From: Eledone cirrhosa
Lineage: Eukaryota
Direction: 5' to 3'
Assembly (NCBI GenBank): GCA_964016885.1
Contig: OZ024743.1
Span: 342,426,001 to 342,490,000 of the forward strand
Length of the DNA stretch: 64,000 nucleotides
The translations under genes and the position numbers were made by a program. A model generated the notes under the pieces. It was given only the letters and a program-made list of their open reading frames with translations, made no database searches and had not been told where the DNA came from. This document shows, piece after piece, positions 39,212 through 53,241 of the stretch (its first letter is position 1; each line of letters begins with the position of its first letter).

Positions 39212-39998
39212 CTTTGGTTGTAAGTACCAAAATCCCAAAAGGACTTGATCTTAATGCCACGATCCGACGGCTCAACAGGGAAAACTCCCTGTGTGATTCA
39301 AGGGGCTCGGCCTCAGATCCACTCTTGACAAGGCACTGCCGGACTATCTCTCCTCATCTCCTCCATCCACACGCTCATCAATGAGATCTTCTGCATGACG
39401 ACAGAACCTGGCCTAATCTAGGAAATTAGTCAGCTCTAGTTAATTCGAATGACGAAGGCCTTTCCGTAGCCCAGTGTTCCGTTGTCCAACGTAATTGGGA
39501 CGACGTCAAGTGCAAATCCACATTCTGGAGGACCGAGTTTTCTTCTGACCAACACTGTCTCACTTGCCAATGTTCCGCCTCACAATCCAACAGTGACGTT
39601 TGGTTCAATTCAGTACCTTCCTTATGAATCAATCCCCATCTGAATGTACCTGTAATTGAGTGGCACAGTGCCTTGGCCTCCGCGTGTGTGAGCCACAGAA
39701 ATGACATTGTGGAGCAATAGTCGACGAGTTTGGTCTGCACCCTTTATCTCGCCGCCTAAGAACACTGGTCTCCGTTGAGGCCTCAGGAATTCTTGGTCAC
39801 CTCGTAAAATTAGAAAGACGGTAGCCCAGGAGAGAGTACTTGAGGTGGCTATCTCAGCGGGTGTCTCTGGCCATTCTCCGTTGTAGCGTCTTTGCTATTT
39901 TGTCCTATGGACGCAGCTGAGGCACCGCTTAGAAAGAAAGTAGTGTCTGGGCCTCCCCCACTCTCTTTCTGTTTCTTCTCTTCATTTCCTTTTTTCTT

Positions 39999-40081
39999 CC
40001 TTTATTGTTACCTTTAATGTTACCTTTAATGTTACCTTTAATGTTACCTTTATTGTTACCTTTATTGTTACCTTTAATGTT
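39999..40081. repeat. 12-bp minisatellite (CCTTTAWTGTTA) about x7
   Basis: Directly visible. Confidence 0.9.
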
Positions 40082-40119
40082 TGTTTTCATTAGATACTGC
40101 TCAATTATTTTATATATAA

Positions 40120-41119
40120 CTAGCAGCAGTACCCAGCGTTGCCTGGGTAGGTAAAATAATATCTGCTTTGATGAAAAGGTGTTGATCTTAGCGACTGCTT
40201 CTCGATGACACATCTATGGCCACACACAGGCCATGCGGGGGAGGGTGGTGATTACCTCACTGAGAAACGCGGGTGACTGACGAAGGGGCATGCTGGGGGA
40301 GGGAGGTAATGACCTCTAACACCAAGCCAAATGTCCTCACGCTACTTGATTGGAAACCGATGTATTCTCAAATACACAACTAAAAGGCTGAGACGATGCC
40401 AGTAGCCATCGTTTTGCCTTTGACCCTCTATAAGATGTACAATGATAGGTTCTATCATAGTATAAAAGTTGAACCAAATAAATTGATTTATGTGTGAGGT
40501 GGAGCCGAAGTTTCGAATTTGAACAAAATCGGTTGAAAAAGTGTGGGAGCTAGAGCCGAAAAGCGGAAATGTGAGCGAAAAGGTGGTATTTTCGAATATT
40601 GAAGCGGCTGCCACGCCGTTCCTGAACAAAAAATCCAATTTATAAAGCCACTTTAAGACGTGAAATAATCAGATGTAGCGTAAGGTAAAATTTGAACAGA
40701 GTAGGTTAATTAATATGGTGCCTAGAGCCGAAAATGTAGAAATTTGAGTCTAAAAGTGTTAGTTTTGAATATTTAAGCGTCTGCCACACCGTCCCTGAAC
40801 AACAAATGCAAAATATAAAGGGATTACAGGATGTGCAATGATAAATTCTATTTTGTTTTAAAATTTGAACGAAATCGGTGGCAAAATGTGGAAGATAGAG
40901 CCAAAAATCTTATTTTTCGATACCTAAAAAAGGTGACCCCCTATCGATTTTTATCTGCAGAATGACCCCGGAATAAAAGAAAACGATACGCTGATATAGA
41001 GAAAACATTCCCCGATGACTAATCTATGAGCCTTTAAAGTCTCATGACAATCAGTCGTAAGATGTAGGCCCCTGTAGATAATACACAGACACACATACTT
41101 AATTTTATATATATACAGA
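40120..41119 (-). mobile_element. Non-autonomous Helitron, 1.0 kb, with ~172-bp internal repeats
   Basis: Minus strand A|TCTGTATATATATAAAA ... hairpin cccaggcaacgctggg ... CTAG|T; repeats at 40516, 40688, 40861. Confidence 0.8.
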
Positions 41120-41215
41120 TGTCAATGGTTTTTCATGACATTGTGAGATTTTGTATATTGAACATGGTTGTTTTTCATTTCAAATAATTCTATCACAGGA
41201 ATATATAGCTGTCAG

Positions 41216-41274
<59 letters not shown>

Positions 41275-41275
<1 letters not shown>

Positions 41276-41432
41276 GTAATATAGGAAAGGCTTCTACAGG
41301 AAGCGCTGAGGATTTCTCCCGATTGAAACAGTTCTAGTCTTACAGAAGCCTTTTCTATATTACATATTTATACTCTGCTATGTATTGAGTACCTTACTTA
41401 CTGTGGTTACCCGCGATTGAAACCGGGATAAA
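41275..41432 (+). mobile_element. pLTR fragment with short fold-back and decayed HHR
   Basis: CTGAGGA..GAAACAGTTCTAGTC; tail tattgagtaccttacttactgtggttacc shared with 37321. Confidence 0.7.
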
Positions 41433-42198
41433 ATTATATTTTCAAGAATGAAGCATGAAAATATATTGATAAATGTTTCATTGGGGGCTGATTTTCATTT
41501 TTTTTTTAAGAAGACAAACATCGGTGTCCTGGTTGTTACTTTTCGTTGCGTTGATCGGTTTGAATACATTAATGGAATTTAAAAGTGTGTCGGGTGAATA
41601 GGATTTTATATATCTTCTACTGTACACAGAAGAAACATGGTGAAATATGAATAAAAGTACGGAATTCCGTTAAAATTTTCGATGAAAAGTTATATTCACT
41701 CTAGAACACTTGAATTAATTATAAGCAAGAAGTTAGATAAAGAAATATACTGAGAAATATTTCAAATGAGATAACAATGTACGAATATATATATCTCCTT
41801 ATCTAAACATACATGCATACATATCCATACGTATGCCTGTGCATAATGTAGTATAGCCGTCGATAGACAAAACAAATGCAACACACAACACGGAGAATCG
41901 ATACATGCATATCATATAGATATGTGGTATAGGGGAGAAGAAATCCTGAAATAGGAGGTTGCGTGAAGATTAATAAAATGAAAATAGAATGGAAAGCATG
42001 GTAGTGGACGTGGGGGAGGAATAAGGTTATGTAAATCAGGTAATAATGGATATGTAGTGGGGTTATGGGAAGAAAGAATAATTTGTAAAGATTGATCAGC
42101 TGATCAACTGAAATACATATTTTTACTGAAACAAGATAAAATGAATTGCGTCAGTGGCGATAGAGGGAAGAATACAACTATGATAAGAATCTAGAAGG

Positions 42199-42239
<41 letters not shown>

Positions 42240-42599
42240 GTTTGGTTAGTGAAGAATAAAAAGAAACATGGATGGAATTGGCAGAATAAAATGGAAGGAT
42301 CAGTGATTACTTGGTGGCAGTGGGAGAGTAGGAATACTGGAGGGAGCCCCGTGAGACGGGGTGACTGTTGTAGCGAGTGTCTCTGCTTTAAGGCTTTTGC
42401 CCTTTTGCCCATGGGGCGCGTCTTGAGCACAACTCATCTCGGTGTGTAATGTATGTTCTCCTTCTCCCTTTCTGTCGTTTCTTGAAGCTTTTTTTCTATT
42501 TCTTCTTTTTATTTCCTTTGTACTTCCTTTTTTATTTTCTCTGGTAGTGTGCATTGTTTTTATTAGATATTGTGCAATGATTTTTATATAATGTCGATG

Positions 42600-43270
42600 T
42601 TTATATAATGAGACGATTGATAAGGAGGACAGTACTTTTAAAGGTGTTTCGTGGCGTGGGGCACCGTAAGGATAACAGCAGGCACATATTCGAATGCCTA
42701 TTGTTGATGTGGAGATTATTCAATATCCACCATCTCTCATTACTGATAATCTTCAGACTTTGAGCCCATTTACAAATGTTCAAGATCGTTCCAGCATCTC
42801 ACATTTAAGGGAAAAGTTTTTGAGTTGCCATATTTTATTCGCCAAGTCTGTGGTGTTCTTTTTATTTGGGTAGCTGAAGGTCGTTTCATGATTAAGAAAA
42901 CGGTTATTGTGGGTATTGAATAATCTGCACAAAAACAATATGTCATTGAATATGCGCCTGGATATCTTCTCACGGTGCCCCACGTCACGAAACACCTTTT
43001 AAAGAACTGGCCCCTTTAACAATTCTATTTTCTTAGCGTTCATTTCCCTTGAGCTATTCAACATAATAATTACAACTGATGGAATTGTGCTCCTTAGGTT
43101 GAAAAATAATTTACATACTTCCATCACTATTCTCCTATTCTTACCGTCTTTTGGTTCTCTCGCTTATCTCCCTTCCTTTAACTAAGCAATTTCCGGTTAA
43201 TGGCACAGGTTGTAAAAGTTGTTCCTCCAGGCCAACGAATCGTACGATCCTGTTATGGTTCCGTTGTAGT
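42600..43270 (-). mobile_element. Decayed PLE GIY-YIG fragment
   Basis: NRFLNHETTF..TTDLANKIWQLK, matching the C-terminus of the PLE at 20.5-24.3 kb. Confidence 0.65.
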
Positions 43271-43619
43271 AATTAGCCTTAATAAGTGGTCTCTACCTTG
43301 GATATTTCTACTATATATATATATACGTGTGTGTGTATGTGTGCGTGTTTTTCGCAATGTATCTAGTAATGTTTAAAAACGTATGATACCAGGAAGTACA
43401 TTTTTTACATCCAAATGATGAGAATTCAGACCAACATATTTCGTTTTGTAATTTGATTAAATTCAATGAAATTTATTCTCTTCACCAAGATTCTCCTAAT
43501 TTGCGCCGAAGGTATGTGGACCAGCGTTGCATAGATGCACTACTGGGATTACAGTTATTCCATGTATGTGTCAGTTGTAGGGGTAGACCTGCAAAAGCCA
43601 TGAATTCATGGATAAAAAC

Positions 43620-43822
43620 AGGAATGGCAGAATCGGCAGGCCATTGGATAACATGCTTTGTGACATATTGTTACGGCTCTTTATGAGTTGAGTTCCAATC
43701 ATGCCGAAATTACCTTTGCCTTTTATCCTTATGAGGTCAATCATATCAAGTACCAGTAACGCATTAGGGAGAATTAATCGCTTCAAATTGCTGGCCTTGT
43801 GCCAAAAGTAGGGACAAATATA
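43620..43822 (+). mobile_element. Diverged SINE
   Basis: tggcagaatcgg, gagttccaatc, ctttgccttttatcctt, gtaccagt. Confidence 0.75.
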
Positions 43823-43877
43823 TTATATTGCATTTTTTATATACAGTATACTCACACACACACACATACATATATAT

Positions 43878-43931
43878 ATGTGTGTGTATGTGTGTGTGTG
43901 TCTGTCTGATTGGGTGAATGTGTGTGTGTGT

Positions 43932-43995
<64 letters not shown>

Positions 43996-43998
43996 GTA

Positions 43999-44086
<88 letters not shown>
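43878..44086. repeat. (TG)n microsatellite
   Basis: Directly visible; similar tract at 51749-51890. Confidence 0.95.
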
Positions 44087-44087
<1 letters not shown>

Positions 44088-44209
44088 ATGTATATGTAAT
44101 TTCCTAGTTCAGGAATCATAGAGAAAAAAGTTTAAATGAGGAAGCAAAACATATTGATTATTTTATTTTATAATGAATATATCTATTGTTATAGTTTAGT
44201 CGATCACAA

Positions 44210-44420
44210 TCTATACATACATATAAAACTGAAGTTTTCGCTGTGTGTGTGTCCCCTAATTTTGGCAAAGTCTATACAAATCCACATTTCTACTCCGATT
44301 GACTTAAAATTTAAATATATATATTCCTTGCGGTCTAATGATATTAACTGCAGCTTTTATTTTTCAATTTTCTGTTGTTAAAAGCGTTTTTTTCATTAAA
44401 ACGTTAAGCCCTTTTTGTCG
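44210..44420 (+). mobile_element. Probable Helitron 5' end
   Basis: A|TCTATACATACATATAAAACTG..tgtgtgt..ccgattgacttaaaattt; 3' end not identified. Confidence 0.45.
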
Positions 44421-44924
44421 GAAATTTTGTTTACAATGTTCAAGAGAGACAACTCTTTAGTATTTTGAAAGAGTTACCTCTCTTTATACTCTATATTATC
44501 CCTACTTAAACGTGCATCCCTTGAAATTGTTGATGGTGACCCCAATAATAACTCCGAAGCGTTCGGCATCCGATATAACAGTTCGGTGGATATAAGATTG
44601 GGTAGATTTATGTAACTTTAAAGGTAACCAACTAAATTCCTTCATGCTTACTGCTCTGTAACTATTGCTTTCATTCTACCATAACACAACAAATACATGT
44701 TCGGTTTGTGGAATGTCTTTTTACTTAACACTATCGTCTTGGCTTTCATGGGTTGAACATTTTACTCTCAGGCACCCAATTAAGTTAAACCCGTGGTAAT
44801 CTACGACGAATTTTTTGTATAAGCACAAAATGTAGACACCATCCCCAGGCCGAGGTATTCCGTACTTCTCTGTACTGTTTCAGAAAGGAGGGATAAACAT
44901 GCCAATCTATGTTTAGAAGCCCGA

Positions 44925-44966
<42 letters not shown>

Positions 44967-44968
<2 letters not shown>

Positions 44969-45693
44969 AAGCTATAATTTTAGCAAGTGTAATGACAAGT
45001 AAGAATATTTTCGAAACAGCGAGCGACTTTGAAATTAGAAATGAAATATAAGCTATCGGCGTATTTTGACTAACGAAATTAAAGAAATTATTTAGCCTGA
45101 TAGTAGGATTGAAAACCCTCGGAGAAATTGAAAAAGATGAGTATTGACGTACCCACGAACCGACATCTGCTGTTATCCAGACCACTGTGCTACCATTACA
45201 CCAACACATCACCCGTCTTCTTCCATTCAAATTAGAAGCTATAAACTTAGTAAGTGTAATGTCAAGTAAAATATTTTCGAAACAGCGAGCGAGTTTGAAA
45301 TTAGAAATATAAGCCATGGCCGTATTTTGACTAAGGAAATTAAAGAAATTATTTAGCCTGATAGTCGGGTTAAGAACCCATTGAGAAATGGAAAAAGATG
45401 AGTATTGACGTACATGGGAGACGAACCGACATCTGCGGTTATCCAGACCACTGTGCTACCATAACACCAACACATCACCCGTCTTCTTCCATTCGAATTA
45501 GAAGCTATAATCTTACCAAGTGTAATGTCAAGTAAAATATTTTCGAAACAGCGAAATGTATTGGAATGTATTGGAAATGTAAGCTATCGCCGTATTTTGA
45601 CTAAAGAAATTAAAGAAATTATTTAGCCTGATAGTGGGGTTAGAAACCCTCGGAGAAATGGAAAAAGATGAGTATTGACGTACATGGGAGACG
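44967..45693. repeat. ~267-bp tandem repeat, 2.7 copies
   Basis: Units start agaagctataa at 44967, 45234, 45500; (TA)n flanks. Confidence 0.92.
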
Positions 45694-45749
45694 TGCACAC
45701 ACTTACATGGACGCACCCAGACACATATATATATTTACTAGCAGAATGG

Positions 45750-45793
<44 letters not shown>

Positions 45794-46229
45794 AAGAGAG
45801 AGACAGAAATAGAAACAGAGAGTGAGACAGAGAGGGAGAGAGATAGAGAGCGAGAGAGGTGGTAAATAGAGAGTGATGCATGCAATCAGGCACACAGATA
45901 AGTTATAAATTTACACAGACAGGTTATAAGATTCTGGAAAAAGAATTGGCGGATCCGGAAAAAATTCGAATGTAGAAAAATAAAGCTTATTAATTGAGAA
46001 AATATCATTTGAATGTTTAAAGAATCAAATGAAAAATATAACATTTTAATGAAAATGCAAAAGGAGATGCATATTCCATTAAATGTTATATGAGAGGGTG
46101 GTTTATGAAGAAAAGATAGAGAGGGAGAAATGTAAAAACCAGACACTAAAATAGACAGAAAGAAGCAGAGGAGGAAAAGAGAAAGAAAAGGAAAAACGAA
46201 TGTAAGAATAAAAAAAGAGGAATGTAGTA

Positions 46230-46292
<63 letters not shown>

Positions 46293-46295
<3 letters not shown>

Positions 46296-46556
46296 TATGT
46301 ACACGTACATACATATATGTATACAGACGTACAGTAGTATGTATATATATATATACATATATGCACACATATATATATGTACGTATAGATTCACCGAACA
46401 TTTATTATAATGCTCGGTGTGTTTGTAAACACACCGAGCATTATAATAAATGTTCGGTGAATCCATACGTACACATATATATGTGTGCATGTATGTATAT
46501 ATATATACATACTACCGTACGTCTGTATACATATATGTATGTACGTGTACATACTT
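46293..46556. repeat. Near-perfect ~130-bp-arm palindrome
   Basis: Centre gtgtgttt gt aaacacac at ~46425; follows (TA)n. Confidence 0.9.
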
Positions 46557-46627
46557 ATATTTAAGTAATAGCCGTACTAAGAGTGGGAAATGAAATTTCG
46601 TTTCATTTTTTCCGTTTATATATATAT

Positions 46628-46661
<34 letters not shown>

Positions 46662-46721
46662 GCACTCATTCACAAATCTACACACACAATGCATACACAC
46701 AGGAGCACATAATCTCTCTCA

Positions 46722-46761
<40 letters not shown>

Positions 46762-47115
46762 GCACCAATACAATATAAAATCGGCCATTTATTCCATCGA
46801 TTTTATTACATACATTTAATCTAGTCTATAGTAATGGAAGGAGCTGATATTTACAGATGGAGCTTTATATTTTGAAATGTAAGCATTCTAGGAACCTAGA
46901 GTGACATATACATGAATACAATGAATATATTAGCAAGAATTAATATGTAAGCGAATGTGCAGTGAATAGGAAATCCAATTTGATACCATGACTTGTAAGA
47001 TCTTTAAGAGATTAAGTATACACTTTATATATATATAACGAAAATATGCAGTGATATATAATTGTATACACTGTGCGTATATATATTTCATACATTTGTA
47101 TGCATTTATGAAATA

Positions 47116-47406
47116 CTAGCTGAAATACCCGGTTTTTCCCGGGTTACTGTTGTTCTTATTTAGATTAGTAAACAATAAATATGAAGATATGTTTTTTTTC
47201 TCATAATTATTTCAAAATATCTATATTTTATAAAAAAGTATCAAAATTGTAATGATAATAGAATTTAGAAATGAATATCTGCCAATCTTGATGCACCTTA
47301 GGCTAAACAATATTCATTGTGTAATTTTTTGTTGCCGTCCAAATGAATAAATTGTTACTGCACACTCACACTCATACACTCATATCTATATGTATGTGTA
47401 GATAGA
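47116..47406 (-). mobile_element. Probable short non-autonomous Helitron
   Basis: a|CTAGctgaaatacccggtttttcccggg terminus and hairpin; other end tentative. Confidence 0.5.
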
Positions 47407-47911
47407 TGTGTGTGTGTGTTTAATTCTCTGCGGCCTAACGTACGTAACAAACTCGCAAACACACACACACAGACACATACACTCTCATATACAAAATGTG
47501 ACGTCGTCGTCGTAGTGGTAGTGGTTTATGATAGTTAGAAAGATTATTTTAGATAAAATGTAATATTGTTTTAATCCAAATGAAAATAAAAATTACATGT
47601 TGACACTGCCGGGGTCTAATACTATTAACCTTGTAAAATTTGATTTGATTTGGTCGAGCCGTTTGAGAATACATAGGAAACAGATAGTCAGACAGACAAA
47701 CAGACTGATAAACAGGCAGACAAAGAATTTATAAAGAGATAAACACACAAATACACACACACACGCGCGCGCGCGCGCGCACTTACATACATACATACAT
47801 ACATAAATACATATATATATACATACATACATACACACATACATATATACATGCATACATACATAAATACATATATACATACATACATACATACATACAC
47901 ACATACATAAA

Positions 47912-48870
47912 TAGGAGGAGAGATATGGAGGAGAGATATGAAATAAAGCCTGATATAAATCTCTCACGCAGAGAAATCGGAAGATCCTATTCAATGTTCA
48001 AACAAGATGAAGAAATTGACCAATTTACAGAAAAAGTTGTGCATGGATACTTGAGACGTAAAACACAGACCATAGAGGGGATAAACCACTCAAAAAGCCT
48101 AGCATGGAGTTCCGACAAGTTTATGACATCACACCTTGAGGGATATCTCTATGCAATACAGGAACAAGAACTCCCTACCAAATATCTGCTGCACAAAAGG
48201 GGAGGGCCATCAGCTGACAATAAATGTAGGCTATTAAAACAAAGATCGAGGATGTTAGCCACATTGTTGCCAGCTGCCAAAGAAATCTCGCTACTACCTC
48301 CCCATGAGACACGATGGGATAGCTAGAACCATCTGGAACGCACTTCGGAAAACAAAATTAACAACAAACGAGGAAGAATATATTGAGACAGATGGCACTA
48401 AGGAATACTGGTGGAACCTGAAAATAAAAACTGCCACCAAATTAAAGCACAACCGGCCTGATATTGTAGTTTGGGACCACACATTGAAAACGTGTTCTGT
48501 TGTGGAGATCAGCTGCCCACTTGATGTAAACGTTGTCAGAAAATACAGAAAGGAGGACATCTACGGAGCATTGATGAGGAGTTTACAAATCCAGTATCCA
48601 AGATACACCTTTAGCTTCATACCCATTATTATTGGAGCTACGGATTATATACCAACCCGTTTGGACCAAAGTATGACTGAACTTGGATTTGCGGACAAAG
48701 AGCGCAGCTCCCTAATTCATAGTCTACAAATGGCTGCGATAGCTGGTACCTTCAAAATTTGCAAAACATTCTTGCGATTCAAGGGATGACAATTTCTTTT
48801 CTTTTACAACCTTGCCACCAGTAAGGTGGCCGATCAAAAAAATATACTCGAAATTAAGAGAAAGAGATAA
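47912..48870 (+). mobile_element. 5'-truncated R4/Dong-type LINE
   Basis: AIQEQEL, KCRL, RHD, HNRPDIVVWD, VVEISCP, IPIIIGA; (CATA)n both sides. Confidence 0.9.
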
Positions 48871-49589
48871 TACATACATACAAACATACATACATACATA
48901 CATACATACATACATACATACATACATACATACATACATACATACATACATACATACATACACACGCATATACACACAGCCGAACACTATAAATACTAAC
49001 AGAATATCGCCCGCAGGGATTTGTTTTTACAAGTAAATATAATAGTATTAATTAAACGGAAATCTTGCTATGGCATTGATTGAGTACCAAAATTCTAAAA
49101 TTATCAAAATGTAAAACATTCCTTGTTACTGAAAATAATCTACATACAAGAAGCAGCATCAGTTCTCAGAGCAAAAGTCGACTGACAACGTCAACACCAA
49201 CTTGTTAATAACATATGGTGTTGTCACGTCACTCTCAGAGACAGTCTGGAGAAATAGAAGACGCCAAGCGAGCGAGCTAATGCTAGGTTTTTTAGTTTTC
49301 TTCAACGACCCTCAACTTCCTGTTGCTGCTACTTTAAACCGGCAAGTTGGCAAATTGCATCAGAGAACGTAAACATTCTCGAGAGAGCTTCTATGCCGTA
49401 GCTTCACTTGTCAGATATTGGACATTAAAGATAATCATAACTGGAACGCCTTTTGTTCGTTTATCTGTTCGATTAAGGCTGACTTGGGACTGAGCCACAA
49501 TACCAGAATAATTCGAATATTGATTTTGTTTTTAACAGACGGATAACACCTAAATTGTTAAGAAGAATATAATCGATTGAGATCAGCCC

Positions 49590-50550
49590 ATTTATTACTC
49601 CCAGTAGTATATAACACATCTTACACATCATATATTCTATACAATTTTTTCCCAGTACTATAAAACATATCTTTCACTTCACACAACCTACACAATCACT
49701 TCTCAGTAGTATAAATATATCTCACCCAGCACGTATTTTATGCAGTCACTTCCTAATTTTATAACACTTCTCACAGCGCATATGCAACAGAGACTGCTAT
49801 ATTACATCGCTCAAAAGTCCTATTCTACGCAATCACTTCTCACGTCATATATTATGCTCACCTTTCAATACTACACTACACCACCACACGGTGTATATTC
49901 TAAACGAGGGGCGTGTAATAGGCGACCTGCGGGCCACAATCCGGCCCGCCAGACCAGCCAGAGTAGCGCGCGATGACCGCTTGTAATTTTTAACTTGTAG
50001 ACTTATTTAGACATTTTTTCGTAACTGTAATACAATTTTCTGTTAGTTGACCTATACTAAAGGGTTTCAGTGATAGGGATATGTGTGTTATAATATCCCA
50101 GTTCCATGTTATGGAAAGAAGTTGTGGAGAATCTTTGGAATAGTGCTTAATAAATATCAATGGCCCTAATAGTTGTTCCAATGTTCAAAAGTGGCCCGCC
50201 AATGGAATATGTTACACACCCCTGTTCTAAACAATTATTTGCAATATTACAATACAGCACACAACTAATTACATTTTAATAATATGGCACATCTTACACA
50301 ATCACCTTCCTATAATATAGCACAAATTCTACATAATCCCGTTTCAATATCATAACACAACTTATACAATACATTCTATTCATCAATCTCACAATACTAT
50401 AGCACAACTTACGTAGAACATATCCCTCATCACCTCGCAATCCTATAAAATAACTCACAAATCACTTATTCTTAAAACAACCTCCCAATAGGATAAAACA
50501 TCACATTTTAAACAACTTCACTCCCCTATACTATAACACAAATTGTTTTA
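49590..50550. repeat. Old degenerate ~40-55-bp tandem array
   Basis: Recurring acaatcacttc(c/t)cagta(g/c)tataa(a)acacatct-like units, interrupted by a MITE. Confidence 0.55.
49906..50224. mobile_element. hAT (Charlie-like) MITE
   Basis: aggggcgtgtaa / ttacacacccctg TIRs, ggcccgc subterminal motifs, perfect 8-bp TSD TTCTAAAC. Confidence 0.85.
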
Positions 50551-51747
50551 CATAATCTTTAAAACCACCTGTTAATACTTCAAAACGCGTTCACAAGAAA
50601 TATGATCAAATTTGAAATAAAATAGTAACGATAAACAACTATATGTCTCCCTTTTTAAACATGTTATTTGATGGATATTTCGCTGTTGTTAGCAGATTGG
50701 GCTCTAACGCAGAAGCTTCGATGAGGCTTATAATGTAATTTTGGATATATAAAAAAACAATACGACTGTCAAGACTGGAACATACTTATTCATATGTCTT
50801 CTCGATAGTTGATAAATTGAGCTACACTACAACGCAGAAAATAGTGCTATCACGCACCGCATTCATATTACGCGCAGTGTGATTGAATCTGTGACCATCT
50901 AGTTGTGCAGAGGAATACTTAACCAGATAGGTCTTATCTCAGGATAAAAGTTTGAAATAAAATGGTTTAATTCGAATCTTACATAAATTTTATATTTGTT
51001 TCCCAATTGCCAAATATCTTTACTTTTGTAATGTTTTATTGGATTTCAACTAATAACTGATTGGAAGGTTTTGTTTAATCTGCTCTTAATTAAAAAATAT
51101 TGTTTATCTTAAGATACCTCTCCATACAACATCAACACCTTCCACATTATTGGATGAAAATCACACGGTTTTTCCTAATCTTTTACTTTTTAATTTGCAC
51201 TTTCATTGATTAATTATTGCTTTCGTTGCTTATATAATTATCTATTTAAACTATCTTTCGTTTCCTTAAAGAGTAATTCACAACATAAGATTTATCATAC
51301 TTTCATGGTAGATACCAAAGTGAACAGCTTTATTAAATATGTTACATTGGTTACATTATTACCATATAAAATGTCTCTACTCCAATATTATATAAGACTG
51401 TAACTTAAGATTTTATCATCAAAACACTGACCAGCGGCATATTTGGACTTCTGACACTATGATCAAATGATTTTAGAATTTCACTGATAGCTACTACGAA
51501 ATACTGGAAGGAAATACGTCGAGATATTTTATTAAGTTCTCATTGCAACCTCTAGTCTAGTTTCGTGGCCTTTTTAGAGGGGTCAGTTATACAATTGGAA
51601 AAACTTAAATGTTGTTCTGTAGACACTTGGGTTATTAAAGTCAGACAGTAACAAACAATCTACTTGTATATCTTTTCTCATATTTTTCTTATATATGCAT
51701 AGATATATACGCGTGTATGTGTGCGTGCGCGTGTGTGTTGGTGACGG

Positions 51748-51891
<144 letters not shown>

Positions 51892-52033
51892 CTTTTTTAG
51901 TATTTGTTTTGCAAGATTTTTTATGTTAACTTTTATATTGAAATAGTCATTGCTATAATGTGAGAGTGTTGTGCTGCCAATAAAACACGCGCCAGTTTAT
52001 TTTCCCTTCAGTTTTAGTATCAAACACGTATCT

Positions 52034-52248
52034 AGGGCGGTGGATTGGCAGAATCGGTAGAGCGTCGGACAACATGCTTCACGGCATAAAGTTCTTTACG
52101 TTCTGAGTTCAAATTCCGCCGAGGTCAGCTTTGCCTTTCATCTTTACGGTATCGATGAAATAAAGCAGCAGTAATGCACTGGAATCGATTTAATCGTCTT
52201 TTCCCTCCCACAGAATTGCTTGCCTTGTGCCTATAGTAGAAATCCTTA
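52034..52248 (+). mobile_element. SINE
   Basis: A and B boxes plus SINE body. Confidence 0.88.
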
Positions 52249-52356
52249 TTTAAAACGTATCCTATCCGTTCATCGTTTGATTTAACAACGAAATATTTAT
52301 TTGATTAACGTTTTGGTTGCTAATCTCGCTGATGAATGGATTATAAACCTGACTGA

Positions 52357-52940
52357 TAATTGTTTCTACTTTTTCACCCGGCAATAATTATCCCAGTGTA
52401 TTACTGGTACTTTATTTTATCGACCCCGTAAGAATAAAAGGCAGAGTTAACTTCAGCAGGATTTGGACTCAGACCGTAAGGGGCCGTAACTGTATATTTG
52501 CAAAGCAAGTGTGCGACCCTCTACTGATACAGCCAATCTACCGCGGTTTCTAATTCAGGCACAACCAGCAATTTTGAGGGGTAAGGAAATCTATAATACT
52601 GACCCCCAGTACTTGGCCGGTACTTTAATTTATCGACCCTGGAAGGATGAAACGCGAAGTTGATCTTGGTGGGATTTAAACTCAGAGTGAAAAGCATTTT
52701 ATCCGACGCTCTAACGATTCTGCCAATTCTCCTCGCCATACCTGACTAATAAATGTTTATACGTTTGGCACAAGGCCAGCAATTATCTCAGTCTATTACT
52801 GGTACTTTATTTTATCGACTCCGTAAGGATAAAAGGCAAAGTTAACCTCGGCGGGATTTTAAATAGGCCATAAAGGGCCGTAACACTTTGCTGCAAAGCA
52901 TGGCGTCCTAACTTCTACCGATACTGCCAATGCACCGCCC
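52357..52940 (-). mobile_element. Three tandem SINE copies
   Basis: Units ~52357-52543, 52545-52738, 52753-52940; acctgact(g/a)ataa occurs three times. Confidence 0.85.
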
Positions 52941-53120
52941 ATACCTGACTAATAATAAACTGTAGTGAAACTCAATTGGTGTGTGTAATTTTATTGAGAT
53001 TATGACGCTTACAGATATACATGCTTGTGTCTGTAATTATATACGTATTTATGTATATTTATACATATAATTATATGTATTTATCATTATAATATATATA
53101 TATATATATTAGAAGTAGAG

Positions 53121-53241
<121 letters not shown>

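Noticed and set aside
43486-43588. Minus-strand exon candidate (LPLQLTHTWNNC..)
   Set aside because: Weak donor, phase does not chain with the other candidates, no recognisable homology.
44967-45693. CRISPR-like array
   Set aside because: Whole units repeat with no unique spacers; eukaryotic context, no cas genes.
52329-52356. CTGATGA possible hammerhead
   Set aside because: No convincing stems even after removing the SINEs.
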